The notes below the pieces were generated by a model. That model was not told the origin of the DNA. It did not search any database and saw only the letters and a list, made by a program, of their open reading frames with translations. Below are positions 48,791 to 57,715 of a stretch of 64,000 bases of DNA, one piece after another. How positions within the stretch are numbered: position 1 is the stretch's first letter; each line of letters starts with the position of its first letter. Origin of the DNA: Clostridioides phage LIBA2945; the sequence record MF547663.1; one strand, given 5' to 3'. Made by a program: the position numbers and the translations under genes.

Positions 48791-49120
48791 TTGTTAAATG
48801 AAGAGGTAGTAAAAAAATTAAAGAATGTACCTAGCGACACTAATAATGCAATAGAAACTGCTAAAACAGAGATTAACAACAAAATAGGTGATACAACACA
48901 ACTTACTACAACAGATAAAACAAATATAGTTAGTGCATTAAATGAGGTAAAAACTAGCGTAGATAGCATAGAAACAACAGCAGAGAAAACAAGTTATAAT
49001 AATGCAACAAGTAATCTTACTGCTACAAATGTTCAAGGGGCGATTGATGAAGTTGTTAGAAAAATAGAAAATTTTAATGAGGTTAATATATCTATACAAA
49101 ATGATATGTTACCTATTTAA
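48791..49120 (+). CDS. hypothetical tail-associated protein
   Basis: Thr/Asn-rich. Confidence 0.35.
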   Translation: MLNEEVVKKLKNVPSDTNNAIETAKTEINNKIGDTTQLTTTDKTNIVSALNEVKTSVDSIETTAEKTSYNNATSNLTATNVQGAIDEVVRKIENFNEVNISIQNDMLPI

Positions 49121-49136
49121 GATAGGAGAGTGAAAA

Positions 49137-50702
49137 ATGGCTATAGTTTATGAATTTAATTATACAGGTGCTGAACAAAGTGTAGTGTTGCCACCTGGTA
49201 AATATAAGTTTGAATGTTTTGGTGCTTGTGGTGGTAATTATTATGATTTTGTACAGTGTGCAAAAGGTGGCTATACTGCTGGTTCTTTAATATTGAAAGA
49301 AAATACTACATTACATGTTTACGTTGGGCAAAGTGGTTATTGTAAAGGTGTTAATGGTATTGAGACTTGTAGAAGTGGTTTTAATGGTGCGGGTGGTATA
49401 ACCACTTATAAAAGTACTTCTGATGGTTATTATAGTCTTGCAGGTGGTGGAGCTACTGATATTAGACTTATTGGTGGTAACTGGGATAATTTACAAAGTT
49501 TGCTATCTCGCATAATTGTTGCAGGTGGTGGTGGTGGTGGAAGCGGTGCTGGAGATGGCATTAGTGGTGTTGGTGGCGGTGGTGGTTGGTATTGTGGTGC
49601 AGGTAGTTTTTATGCTGAATTTGGTGGTGGTGGAAGTGGATATATTCTAACAAAAGATAGTTATAAGCCAGCAAATTATAGTCCATCTTCTAAATATTAT
49701 TTTAGCGATATAAATAGCGTTGTAGGTGGAAATACTACGAAACAAGATGGTTATGCTAAAATAACATTACTCCAAGCATTACCTTTTTTAACTATATCCT
49801 CTTATAATTCCACTACAGCTACATTTAAAGCTGACCACACAGACCCTACATTGCTTACAAAAATAGAATATTTTATAGATGATGTACTAAAAGAAACTAT
49901 AACAACAGATTTAACAACAGAGAAAATAATTAACTATACATTAGAAGATAATACACTACACACACTTAAGATAGTTGTCACAGACAGCGCTAATGCTACA
50001 GCAGAAAAAGTTGTAAGTATAAGCAAAGGAATTGCACCTCTTCCTGCTGGTTCTACAACAGATGAAGTTACAAGTAAATGGATAGAAATTAAAGATGCAT
50101 TTAAAAGTGGCAAAACAAGTATTATAAACACTTTAGCATTAAAGAATATAGAAGCAAGTTTAAATAATACGCTAGTTGAATTATCAGAGAAAATAAAAAC
50201 AAGTTTTGACAGTTCTGACGCTAGTGTGCAGGATTTGATGAACCAGTTAACACAAGCTAATAACACTATAAGTCAGTTAAATTCTAAATATAAATATGCC
50301 AGTGGTACTATTGATGTTGTTAAAAATAGTTCTTTAATGGCTAATTTATATGGAGAGTCCTTTGGTAGACAACCTGGTACTTGGCTTAAGATTGATAATT
50401 TAGGTTTTATTCCTAATATTTTTGTTGCTGAATGCCAATATGTTACTTCTAATAATTATTTTTTTAAACATATTGTTATTGCTACTTGTAATATAAATTG
50501 GTTTTGGGATAAAAAAGATTTTTCAGCTAGAATTGTATTTACTAAAGAAAAAAATTCTAATCAAGATTTTAGTGGAAGTGGAATTATTTATTCAAATAAT
50601 GAGTGTGATGTATATATAAATAATAAAGGCATTAATGTTCCTGCAAGTAGTCCTAATGTTTCTAGTTACCTACATTCTTGGCATGCTATAAAATTTATAT
50701 AA
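49137..50702 (+). CDS. glycine-rich tail fibre-like protein
   Basis: Multiple poly-Gly tracts (AGGGGGGSGAGDGISGVGGGGGWYCGAG, EFGGGGSGY) resembling Gly-rich phage fibre proteins. Confidence 0.45.
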   Translation: MAIVYEFNYTGAEQSVVLPPGKYKFECFGACGGNYYDFVQCAKGGYTAGSLILKENTTLHVYVGQSGYCKGVNGIETCRSGFNGAGGITTYKSTSDGYYSLAGGGATDIRLIGGNWDNLQSLLSRIIVAGGGGGGSGAGDGISGVGGGGGWYCGAGSFYAEFGGGGSGYILTKDSYKPANYSPSSKYYFSDINSVVGGNTTKQDGYAKITLLQALPFLTISSYNSTTATFKADHTDPTLLTKIEYFIDDVLKETITTDLTTEKIINYTLEDNTLHTLKIVVTDSANATAEKVVSISKGIAPLPAGSTTDEVTSKWIEIKDAFKSGKTSIINTLALKNIEASLNNTLVELSEKIKTSFDSSDASVQDLMNQLTQANNTISQLNSKYKYASGTIDVVKNSSLMANLYGESFGRQPGTWLKIDNLGFIPNIFVAECQYVTSNNYFFKHIVIATCNINWFWDKKDFSARIVFTKEKNSNQDFSGSGIIYSNNECDVYINNKGINVPASSPNVSSYLHSWHAIKFI

Positions 50703-50715
50703 ATGAGGTGATAAA

Positions 50716-51009
50716 ATGAATAGAGCAAATAGAATTATATGTGACCAAACCGGGAAAATATTACTCCAAACTGGAGAAGCAACAGGGGATATATTAGAAC
50801 ATGATGAAATAACGGAATTACATTTTGTTGATATTCCGTATGGAAGTGTAGATTATACTAAAAGCAGAATTGTAAGCATAAATATAGAAACAAAAGAACC
50901 TATCTTAGAAGAAATACCAGTATTTGTTTCAGAAGAAGAAAAGAGAATACAAGAGTTAGAAAATCAATTACTAATTGCAGAAAATGAAAAAGTAGGAGGA
51001 ATTTTATAA
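50716..51009 (+). CDS. hypothetical small protein
   Basis: Pre-lysis small ORF. Confidence 0.3.
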   Translation: MNRANRIICDQTGKILLQTGEATGDILEHDEITELHFVDIPYGSVDYTKSRIVSINIETKEPILEEIPVFVSEEEKRIQELENQLLIAENEKVGGIL

Positions 51010-51191
51010 TGAATATAAATAATGTTGTAGTAAGAATATTAGCAGAGAGAATATTAAACGGAGGGTTAAACCCATTGAAAAATAGAGAATTTCAGTTAGA
51101 TGACGTGACTAACATAGGGTACAGAAAAGCAGTAGAGGATTATATTATAGAGCATAGTGGAGTAGTCGAAGAAGCAGAACCAATTGTATAG
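51009..51191 (+). CDS. hypothetical small protein
   Basis: Translationally coupled (ATAATG). Confidence 0.3.
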   Translation: MNINNVVVRILAERILNGGLNPLKNREFQLDDVTNIGYRKAVEDYIIEHSGVVEEAEPIV

Positions 51192-51316
51192 AAGGTTCTT
51201 TTTTAGATTATTTAATAAAAACATATTAAAATCATAATTTTAATTAGAAATTTAGTGAATAAGAGCCTTGTTTTATAGGCTCTTTTTATATTAATTATTT
51301 AAAAGGAGTGGTAATT

Positions 51317-52132
51317 TTGAATATAAAAACATTAACAATTCATGCAGGACACAACCCAGATGGTAAAGTAGGTTCTGGAGCAGTAGGAAATATAAAAGAA
51401 TCTACAGAAGCAAGAAATGTACTAAAAGAGTTAATACCTTTATCTCAAAAGGAATGTAAAGTTTATGATTGTACATGTAACAATGGAACTTCTCAGAGTG
51501 ATATATTGAATAAGATTATAGATAAATGTAATTCATATAACACAGATTTAAATGTAAGTATCCATTTCAACAGTGGTGGTGGTCGAGGAGTAGAAGTTTT
51601 AGTGTATAATTTAAATGACAAAGAAACTGTTGAAATAGCATCAAGAATATGTAAAAAAATAACTGAAACTTATCATGCAAAAGGTGATAAAGATTTTAAA
51701 AATCGTGGAGTTAAAGAAAAGAAAACTCTAGCATTTTTAAGAAGAACGAAGGCAAAGTCAATTTTAGTCGAGTGCTGCTTTGTAGACACATCTGATACTA
51801 AAAAATATAATGCTAAAGATATGGCCATAGACATTTACGAAGGAATATTTAATAAGTCTGTAGCTGGTAAACCACAAGATAACAAAGTGAAATACGCAAT
51901 AGTTTATGAAGGTGAAGTAGATAAAGTTATAGCCCAATTAATGGCCATGAATTATAAATCTAATGAAGTCTCTATATGTGAGTTGAAAAATTATGTTCCT
52001 GGACATTGTGAAAACCTATATGTGATTGGTAGAGCATCCAGTAAAATTAAAACTAGCGAGAGATTCACTAAGTTACAAGGTGATGATAGATGGGCTACAC
52101 TTCATAAAGTGTTAGATTTTATAGGCAAGTAG
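51317..52132 (+). CDS. N-acetylmuramoyl-L-alanine amidase (Amidase_3-type endolysin)
   Basis: LTIHAGHNPDGKVGSGAVGN...E is the canonical Amidase_3 N-terminus. TTG start at 51317 preferred over the GTG at 51308, which abuts the SD. Confidence 0.7.
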   Translation: MNIKTLTIHAGHNPDGKVGSGAVGNIKESTEARNVLKELIPLSQKECKVYDCTCNNGTSQSDILNKIIDKCNSYNTDLNVSIHFNSGGGRGVEVLVYNLNDKETVEIASRICKKITETYHAKGDKDFKNRGVKEKKTLAFLRRTKAKSILVECCFVDTSDTKKYNAKDMAIDIYEGIFNKSVAGKPQDNKVKYAIVYEGEVDKVIAQLMAMNYKSNEVSICELKNYVPGHCENLYVIGRASSKIKTSERFTKLQGDDRWATLHKVLDFIGK

Positions 52133-52143
52133 GAGGTAATGAA

Positions 52144-52761
52144 TTGAATATATTAGATAAATCAACAGCTACATTAGAACAAGTCTTTTCGTATTTAGAC
52201 ACATTAAAAAATAACTCTAATCCACCACATTTTTTATGCAGAGCTATAGTACCAATTATATATAAAGAAGCAGAGAAAAAAGGTGTAAATCCAGTTATTG
52301 CAATTGCTCAAGCATTTGTAGAAACTGGATATTTTAATTTTGGTAGAGTTTTAAATCCTTCTTATTGCAATGTGTGTGGTCTTAAAGGAAATAAAGGTGG
52401 AGGAGATTTAGACCCAACAGCTCATACAAGATTTAATTGTTGGGAGGATGGAGTATCAGCATTTATTGACCATCTAGCATTATATGCTGGAGCTAAGGGA
52501 TATCCAAAATATAGTGAATTAGTTGGTAAAGTTGAATATAAAGTAAATGGAACTACATTAGACCCTAGACATTTTCCATATTTACATGGAGAAGCTAAAA
52601 CAGTAGAAAGTTTATCAGGCAAATGGTGTCCAGATATGAATTATGGCCAAAACATAATAAATATATGTAATAAGATAAGTTCAATGAAGGTAGAAAACAA
52701 TGATGTAAAATTAGAGCAAATAAAAACTAAAGTAAAAGAATTAAATGAGATTCTTGGATAG
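52144..52761 (+). CDS. glucosaminidase-domain (FlgJ/mannosyl-glycoprotein endo-beta-N-acetylglucosaminidase-like) lysin
   Basis: IAIAQAFVETGYFNFGR contains the catalytic Glu context of the family. Confidence 0.55.
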   Translation: MNILDKSTATLEQVFSYLDTLKNNSNPPHFLCRAIVPIIYKEAEKKGVNPVIAIAQAFVETGYFNFGRVLNPSYCNVCGLKGNKGGGDLDPTAHTRFNCWEDGVSAFIDHLALYAGAKGYPKYSELVGKVEYKVNGTTLDPRHFPYLHGEAKTVESLSGKWCPDMNYGQNIINICNKISSMKVENNDVKLEQIKTKVKELNEILG

Positions 52762-52772
52762 GAGGAAATCAC

Positions 52773-53024
52773 ATGGATATAATGCAATTTATACCTGAAA
52801 ATTTAATAATGTTAATAGGTGGGCTTTACATATTAGGAACATTTATAAAAGAATCTAATATTAAAAATAAATACATACCTTTTATATTGTTAGTTATAGC
52901 AATGATAAGCAGTTGTTTGTTTATGAAAGAGCTGTCAATAGAAGCTGTTTTTGAAGGTATTTTATGTTGGGGAGCATCTATAGGAATAAATCAAATACAA
53001 GTACAAAACAGAAAGGAAAAGTAG
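52773..53024 (+). CDS. holin-like small membrane protein
   Basis: 83 aa with two hydrophobic helices, adjacent to the lysins. Confidence 0.5.
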   Translation: MDIMQFIPENLIMLIGGLYILGTFIKESNIKNKYIPFILLVIAMISSCLFMKELSIEAVFEGILCWGASIGINQIQVQNRKEK

Positions 53025-53336
53025 ATGTTATCTAAAGAAATGATTGAATTATTAAGCCAATATGGATATACAGCCATACTACTTACAGTAGTAATGTTAT
53101 GGTTTGGCAGATATTTAGAAAAGAATAGACAACTAGAGCAGGATGATAGAAAAAAAGAAAGAGCTTATTTTTCAAGAGAAATTAAAGAGCAGAGAACTTT
53201 ATTTGGTAATACAATAGATAAGTTTGATGATAAATTAGATAAATTTGCTGAAGCATTAAATACTAATAACAGTAGACTTGAAAGAGTTGAAACAGACATA
53301 ACAAAAATTAAAGATAAATTAGAGACTAGAGATTAA
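53025..53336 (+). CDS. BhlA/UviB-family holin-like protein
   Basis: N-terminal TM helix (GYTAILLTVVMLWFGRYL) plus charged coiled coil. Family resemblance to BhlA/UviB. Confidence 0.5.
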   Translation: MLSKEMIELLSQYGYTAILLTVVMLWFGRYLEKNRQLEQDDRKKERAYFSREIKEQRTLFGNTIDKFDDKLDKFAEALNTNNSRLERVETDITKIKDKLETRD

Positions 53337-53361
53337 TTTCTCTAGTCTTTTTTATAAGGAA

Positions 53362-54306
53362 GTGAAGTATTTGGCAAAACAACGCAGTAAAAGAATAAGC
53401 ATAAATGGAGAACTAAATCCAGAGAATATTAAATTATGGAAGCAATACAAAAGAGCAAAACAAATAGCTGGGAAAAGTGAAAAAACAATATATAATTATG
53501 AATGTGATATAATGCAATTTTTTAAGTTTTTAAATATAGAATGTTTTGATGCATTACTAACTGATATAAATGAAGAAGAAATAGAAGCTTATATAGGTTA
53601 TTGTATGGAACATGGAAATAATGAAAAAAGAATTAGACGTAGAATAAGTTCAATTTCATCATTACTATCCTTTTTAAAGAAGAAGAGGAAAATTACTGAC
53701 AACTGGTGTGAAATGATAGAAAGACCAGGAACAGGCGAAGAAGTTCAGAAAAGAACTTTTTTAACTGAAGAACAGTTAAGCAAATTAAAAGAAAAGCTTT
53801 CAGAGCAAGACAATTTACAGTTAGAAGTTTATATAAATTTAGGATTGGCTACAATGGCTAGAAGTAATGAGATAAGTCAATTTAGATGGGACAATATAGA
53901 TTTAGATAATAGATGGATTCATGGTATTACAGCCAAAGGTGGAGTTTCAAGAGATTTTAGATTTTCAGAAGAAGTCCAGCATCTATTAATAGAATGGAAG
54001 GATTATCTATCTCAAAATAATATAGATTATCCGTATATATTCTTTACAAGATATGGAGGCAAATACAATCAAGTCAATTCAAATGTCTTAAGTTCATGGG
54101 TTAAAAAAGCTTTCAGGTTAATTGGTATAGAAGGTGGATATAATCATGACCTTAGACATAGTATGTCTAATCTTTTAAAAGACAGAGGAGTTCCAATAAC
54201 TACAGTTTCAAAATTGCTTGGCCACAGTGGGGTTGATGTAACTATAAATCACTACACAATAGAAAATAAAAATAAATTAGCTGAGGAATATGATAAGTTT
54301 ATGTAA
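53362..54306 (+). CDS. tyrosine recombinase (XerC/XerD-like phage integrase, no arm-binding domain)
   Basis: C-terminal HDLRHSMSNLL...LLGHSGVDVTINHYT carries the R..H-R-Y catalytic tail. Confidence 0.8.
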   Translation: MKYLAKQRSKRISINGELNPENIKLWKQYKRAKQIAGKSEKTIYNYECDIMQFFKFLNIECFDALLTDINEEEIEAYIGYCMEHGNNEKRIRRRISSISSLLSFLKKKRKITDNWCEMIERPGTGEEVQKRTFLTEEQLSKLKEKLSEQDNLQLEVYINLGLATMARSNEISQFRWDNIDLDNRWIHGITAKGGVSRDFRFSEEVQHLLIEWKDYLSQNNIDYPYIFFTRYGGKYNQVNSNVLSSWVKKAFRLIGIEGGYNHDLRHSMSNLLKDRGVPITTVSKLLGHSGVDVTINHYTIENKNKLAEEYDKFM

Positions 54307-54462
54307 ATTGAAAGGAGGTGGTATCATGGCATGTAAAGGTCGTAAAAAAGGTAAGAAAAAGAGATAGATAAATAATAAAGCCCTTTAAGGATTACTCTTA
54401 AATGAGTTTTCTTTAAAGGGCTTTATTTTTTTGTCTAAAATAGCTTCTTATTAAATATATAC

Positions 54463-54532
54463 ATACTTATATAACATATTTTTAATAATATTATATGTTA
54501 TATAAGTATATTTTTGACATGTATAACATATC
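54463..54532 (+). promoter_or_regulatory. operator/promoter of the XRE gene: 17-bp perfect inverted repeat plus third half-site flanking a TTGACA
   Basis: atacttatataacatat ... atatgttatataagtat (54463–54509), TTGACA at 54514, half-site tgtataacatat at 54521. Another half-site at 54975 after the gene. Confidence 0.6.
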
Positions 54533-54567
54533 ATTAAGATAAATAAACTAATATAATCTAATAAGGA

Positions 54568-54930
54568 ATGATAAAAATGTTAGAAGAAGATGAAATATAT
54601 AATGTAATTGGTAAAAGAATAAGAAATTATAGAAGAAAAGCAGGGTATAATCAAAATACATTAGCAAAAAAGACTGGTTTATTTCCTGCTTATATTGGTC
54701 AAATTGAAAGAGGTGAAAGTAAAGCATCACTTCGTTCAATTTTTAAAATTGCAAATGCATTAGAGATACCTTTAGAAGTTTTATTTGAAAATATTATACA
54801 GAATGAAAATGATGTTGAAACTCTTTCGTCTGAAGCTTATGAGTTAATTGATAGTTTAACAGTAAAAGAACAAAAAGCGATAATTAGATTGATAAAAGAA
54901 ATAATTGAATATCGAAAATTTGAAGAATAA
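54568..54930 (+). CDS. XRE-family HTH regulator
   Basis: IRNYRRKAGYNQNTLAKKTGLFPAYIGQIERGESKASL is HTH_XRE. Confidence 0.8.
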   Translation: MIKMLEEDEIYNVIGKRIRNYRRKAGYNQNTLAKKTGLFPAYIGQIERGESKASLRSIFKIANALEIPLEVLFENIIQNENDVETLSSEAYELIDSLTVKEQKAIIRLIKEIIEYRKFEE

Positions 54931-55043
54931 AAATTTAATAAAGAAGATGTCTTAAGATTGAGACATCTTCTTTTACTTTATGTTAATATATACTTATAAC
55001 ATATATTTTATTATTTTAATGTCTATATATGTTGATATTTTAA

Positions 55044-55388
55044 TTGCAGAAAGGAATGTACATATCCATGCAAAAAATACCACAAGCTGAATTAAAAGTT
55101 ATGAAATTCATATGGAATAAGAATGATATAGTAACATCAAAAGAAGTTATGGAAGCTATGGAATTAGAATATAACTGGAAGGCGACAACTACACTAACTC
55201 TTCTTTCAAGACTCACTATTAAACGTTTTTTAGATTCTGAGAGGATAAAAAGAATTACACATTATACAATACTTATTACAAAAGAAGAATATAAAATATT
55301 TGAAACAAAGAGATTTTTAGAAGAAGTACATTCTAATTCTATAGAAAGCTTAATTAGTTCTTTAGAGGATTGTTATAAGAATAAATAA
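55044..55388 (+). CDS. BlaI/MecI/CopY-family winged-helix repressor (start uncertain)
   Basis: ELKVMKFIWNKNDIVTSKEVMEAM...WKATTTLTLLSRLTIKRFL fits the penicillinase-repressor family pattern. No BlaR-like sensor nearby. Confidence 0.6.
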   Translation: MQKGMYISMQKIPQAELKVMKFIWNKNDIVTSKEVMEAMELEYNWKATTTLTLLSRLTIKRFLDSERIKRITHYTILITKEEYKIFETKRFLEEVHSNSIESLISSLEDCYKNK

Positions 55389-55542
55389 AGAAGTGAACTT
55401 TTATTATATACAAAAAGTTTTCGTAACGATATAATTAATACAATTTATTCTTATATATATAATAAAATATACATAGAGAGTTGACAACTAAAATAATATA
55501 CACTATCATTCATAGTATAAAAGGATGGGAGGATTTTACAAT

Positions 55543-56805
55543 ATGAAATTCAAAAGAAAAGCATTAACCTTAGCTATAATATCTTCTATTGTCATGTCTA
55601 GCACATTATTAGTTTCAGCTAAAGAACTAAAATTTAGACCTCCAGCTCATAGAATACAAGGAGCAAATAAGTATGAAACAGCAGGTTTAATAGCAGACAG
55701 AAGAAAATACACCCAAGCAATAATTATAAACACAGATAAAAGTCTTGCAGATGGGTTGAGTGCTAGTGGTTTAGCTGGAGCTTCTAACTCGCCAATATTA
55801 CTTGCTAAACAAAATTCTATACCAAATTCTACTCTTAAAAGATTAGATAAATTTAAAAAAATCTATTTAATAGGTGGAGTTAATTCTATAAGCAAAAATG
55901 TAGAAAATATACTAAAAAACAAAAAAATAAAGGTTATTAGGATAGAAGGAAAAGACAGAATAGACACAAGTTATAATGTTGCAAAAGAAATACGCAATCT
56001 AAAAAAGGTTGATGAAGTATATCTTACAAATGCTTACCAAGGAGAGGCTGATTCTATAAGTATATCTCCAGTTGCTGCTAAATATAAAAATCCAGTTGTA
56101 TTAACAAATGGAAAGAATATACCATTTAAAACAGATGGGGTAAAAACATATGCTATTGGAGGAACAGCATCAATAAACGACTCTTTAGTGAACAGTACAA
56201 AAGCAACTAGAATTGGTGGTGTTGATAGACTTGACACTAATGAAAAAATAATTAAGCATTTTTATAAAGATGAATTAAAACATCCAAATCAAATATGTAT
56301 TGTAAGTTCTGATAATTTAATAGATGCACTATTATCTTCTACAATACACAAAGAATATCCTGTATTTTTAGTAAATGAAACTAATGACAAATCATTAGTT
56401 ACTAGTGCTAATTTCCCAATAATAATAGGTGATATAAAAAATGAAATTTTAGACCAATGCTTAACTCCAGATTATATGTTAACTGGTAATACTAAAAGAA
56501 GTGACATCTCAAAAGCTTTAGATGCTATATATAAAGCAAAAGGTTCAAAAGCACATGAATATTGTTATACATATAATTATGGTAACTCAAGATATAAAAA
56601 AGCTGAAAATATAGATTTTCCACACTATGAGTTTGAAATAATCAGTGTTAAAAATGTTAAACAAGATGAATCTAGCACTGATGGTTCTGATACTTATACT
56701 GATAAAGAAGATAGCATTAAAACAGTAGGAACTCTAATTGTAAATTCTGAAACATTAGAAGTATATGAGTATAGTTTTGATACACAAAAGTTAACTAAAA
56801 TATAA
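55543..56805 (+). CDS. secreted cell-wall-binding protein with three CWB2 repeats
   Basis: Signal peptide. Three repeats: RIQGANKYETAGLIAD, RIEGKDRIDTSYNVAKE, RIGGVDRLDTNEKIIKH, typical of CWB2 domains in Clostridia/Peptostreptococcaceae surface proteins. Confidence 0.65.
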   Translation: MKFKRKALTLAIISSIVMSSTLLVSAKELKFRPPAHRIQGANKYETAGLIADRRKYTQAIIINTDKSLADGLSASGLAGASNSPILLAKQNSIPNSTLKRLDKFKKIYLIGGVNSISKNVENILKNKKIKVIRIEGKDRIDTSYNVAKEIRNLKKVDEVYLTNAYQGEADSISISPVAAKYKNPVVLTNGKNIPFKTDGVKTYAIGGTASINDSLVNSTKATRIGGVDRLDTNEKIIKHFYKDELKHPNQICIVSSDNLIDALLSSTIHKEYPVFLVNETNDKSLVTSANFPIIIGDIKNEILDQCLTPDYMLTGNTKRSDISKALDAIYKAKGSKAHEYCYTYNYGNSRYKKAENIDFPHYEFEIISVKNVKQDESSTDGSDTYTDKEDSIKTVGTLIVNSETLEVYEYSFDTQKLTKI

Positions 56806-57072
56806 TCAATTATAAAATAAGGCTCTTTAGTTAATATTGAAAAGAGTCTTATTTTTGTATGTTAGAGTTGATTAAAGAAATTATATTAAAATTAAAATTT
56901 CAATTATTCTTTAAATTCCCATTTAAGGAATAGTATATATAAAACATAGAACTTATTAAAAGTACTCTCTTTCATAGTATGTAATTAAAAATAAGTTATT
57001 TTGTACATTATGATTTCTTATATTTAATGGTATAATAAGATTAAATATAAGAATGTTGAAAGGAATGATATT

Positions 57073-57294
57073 ATGAAATTGCCTGAATTAGAGATTAATA
57101 TAAGTATATCAATACCAATTTTTTTAGTTATCTCTTATTTGGCTATAGTTTCTATAGTAATGCTAGGGATATCAGCTTTAAATAACTTTACTAATACAAC
57201 ATCAGTACCTATAAATGCTTTAGGTTCAACAGTTGGATTTGTTATATTTCAACTTTTAGTTAGTTTTTTTGAAAATAGAAAAATTACAGATTAA
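57073..57294 (+). CDS. small two-TM membrane protein
   Basis: 73 aa, hydrophobic. Confidence 0.35.
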   Translation: MKLPELEINISISIPIFLVISYLAIVSIVMLGISALNNFTNTTSVPINALGSTVGFVIFQLLVSFFENRKITD

Positions 57295-57350
57295 ATGTTA
57301 TTTACATGAAATTTTGTTTTAATATTCTTAATTTGTGGTATAATAAAAGC

Positions 57351-57472
57351 AAGGAAACATATTTTACTTAACTTTGAGTGATGTTTCCAAACTAAATTAG
57401 TTTATTTGGATTTTCTTTGGAACTTAATATTAAGTTCCCAGCCACTCTTAGTCGCGTTTGAGTGGCTTTTTA
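57351..57472 (+). ncRNA. candidate type I antitoxin sRNA 4
   Basis: TGTGGTATAAT extended -10 (57334–57344). Terminator cagccactcttagtcgcgtttgagtggcttttt (57440–57472). Also a 20-bp perfect palindrome ggaacttaatattaagttcc at 57417–57436. Confidence 0.45.
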
Positions 57473-57533
57473 ATTTATCGTAGATATAACTAGCTATAAC
57501 ACCAGCTATAATACTCATCATTAGATTTTCCAT
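57402..57533 (-). CDS. type I toxin-like small membrane peptide 4 (43 aa)
   Basis: MENLMMSIIAGVIASYIYDKLKSHSNATKSGWELNIKFQRKSK. Paralog of peptide 3 (YIYDK.K.HS.A.KSG). SD gaaaggaggtg with an upstream anti-SD (cctcactttc). Confidence 0.45.
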   Translation of the reverse strand: MENLMMSIIAGVIASYIYDKLKSHSNATKSGWELNIKFQRKSK

Positions 57534-57715
57534 AGTTTTTCACCTCCTTTCATAAGAAAGTGAGGAAATTTCTATGGAAACACCACTCACAGCTTTTTCA
57601 AATATTTATTCCTTGCTATGTTTATTATATCATAAATATTGGAAATATAAAATTTTAATATTTTCTAAAATCTGACGCTTTAAACGCCATTCTAAGGCTT
57701 TATAAAAATTTACCT

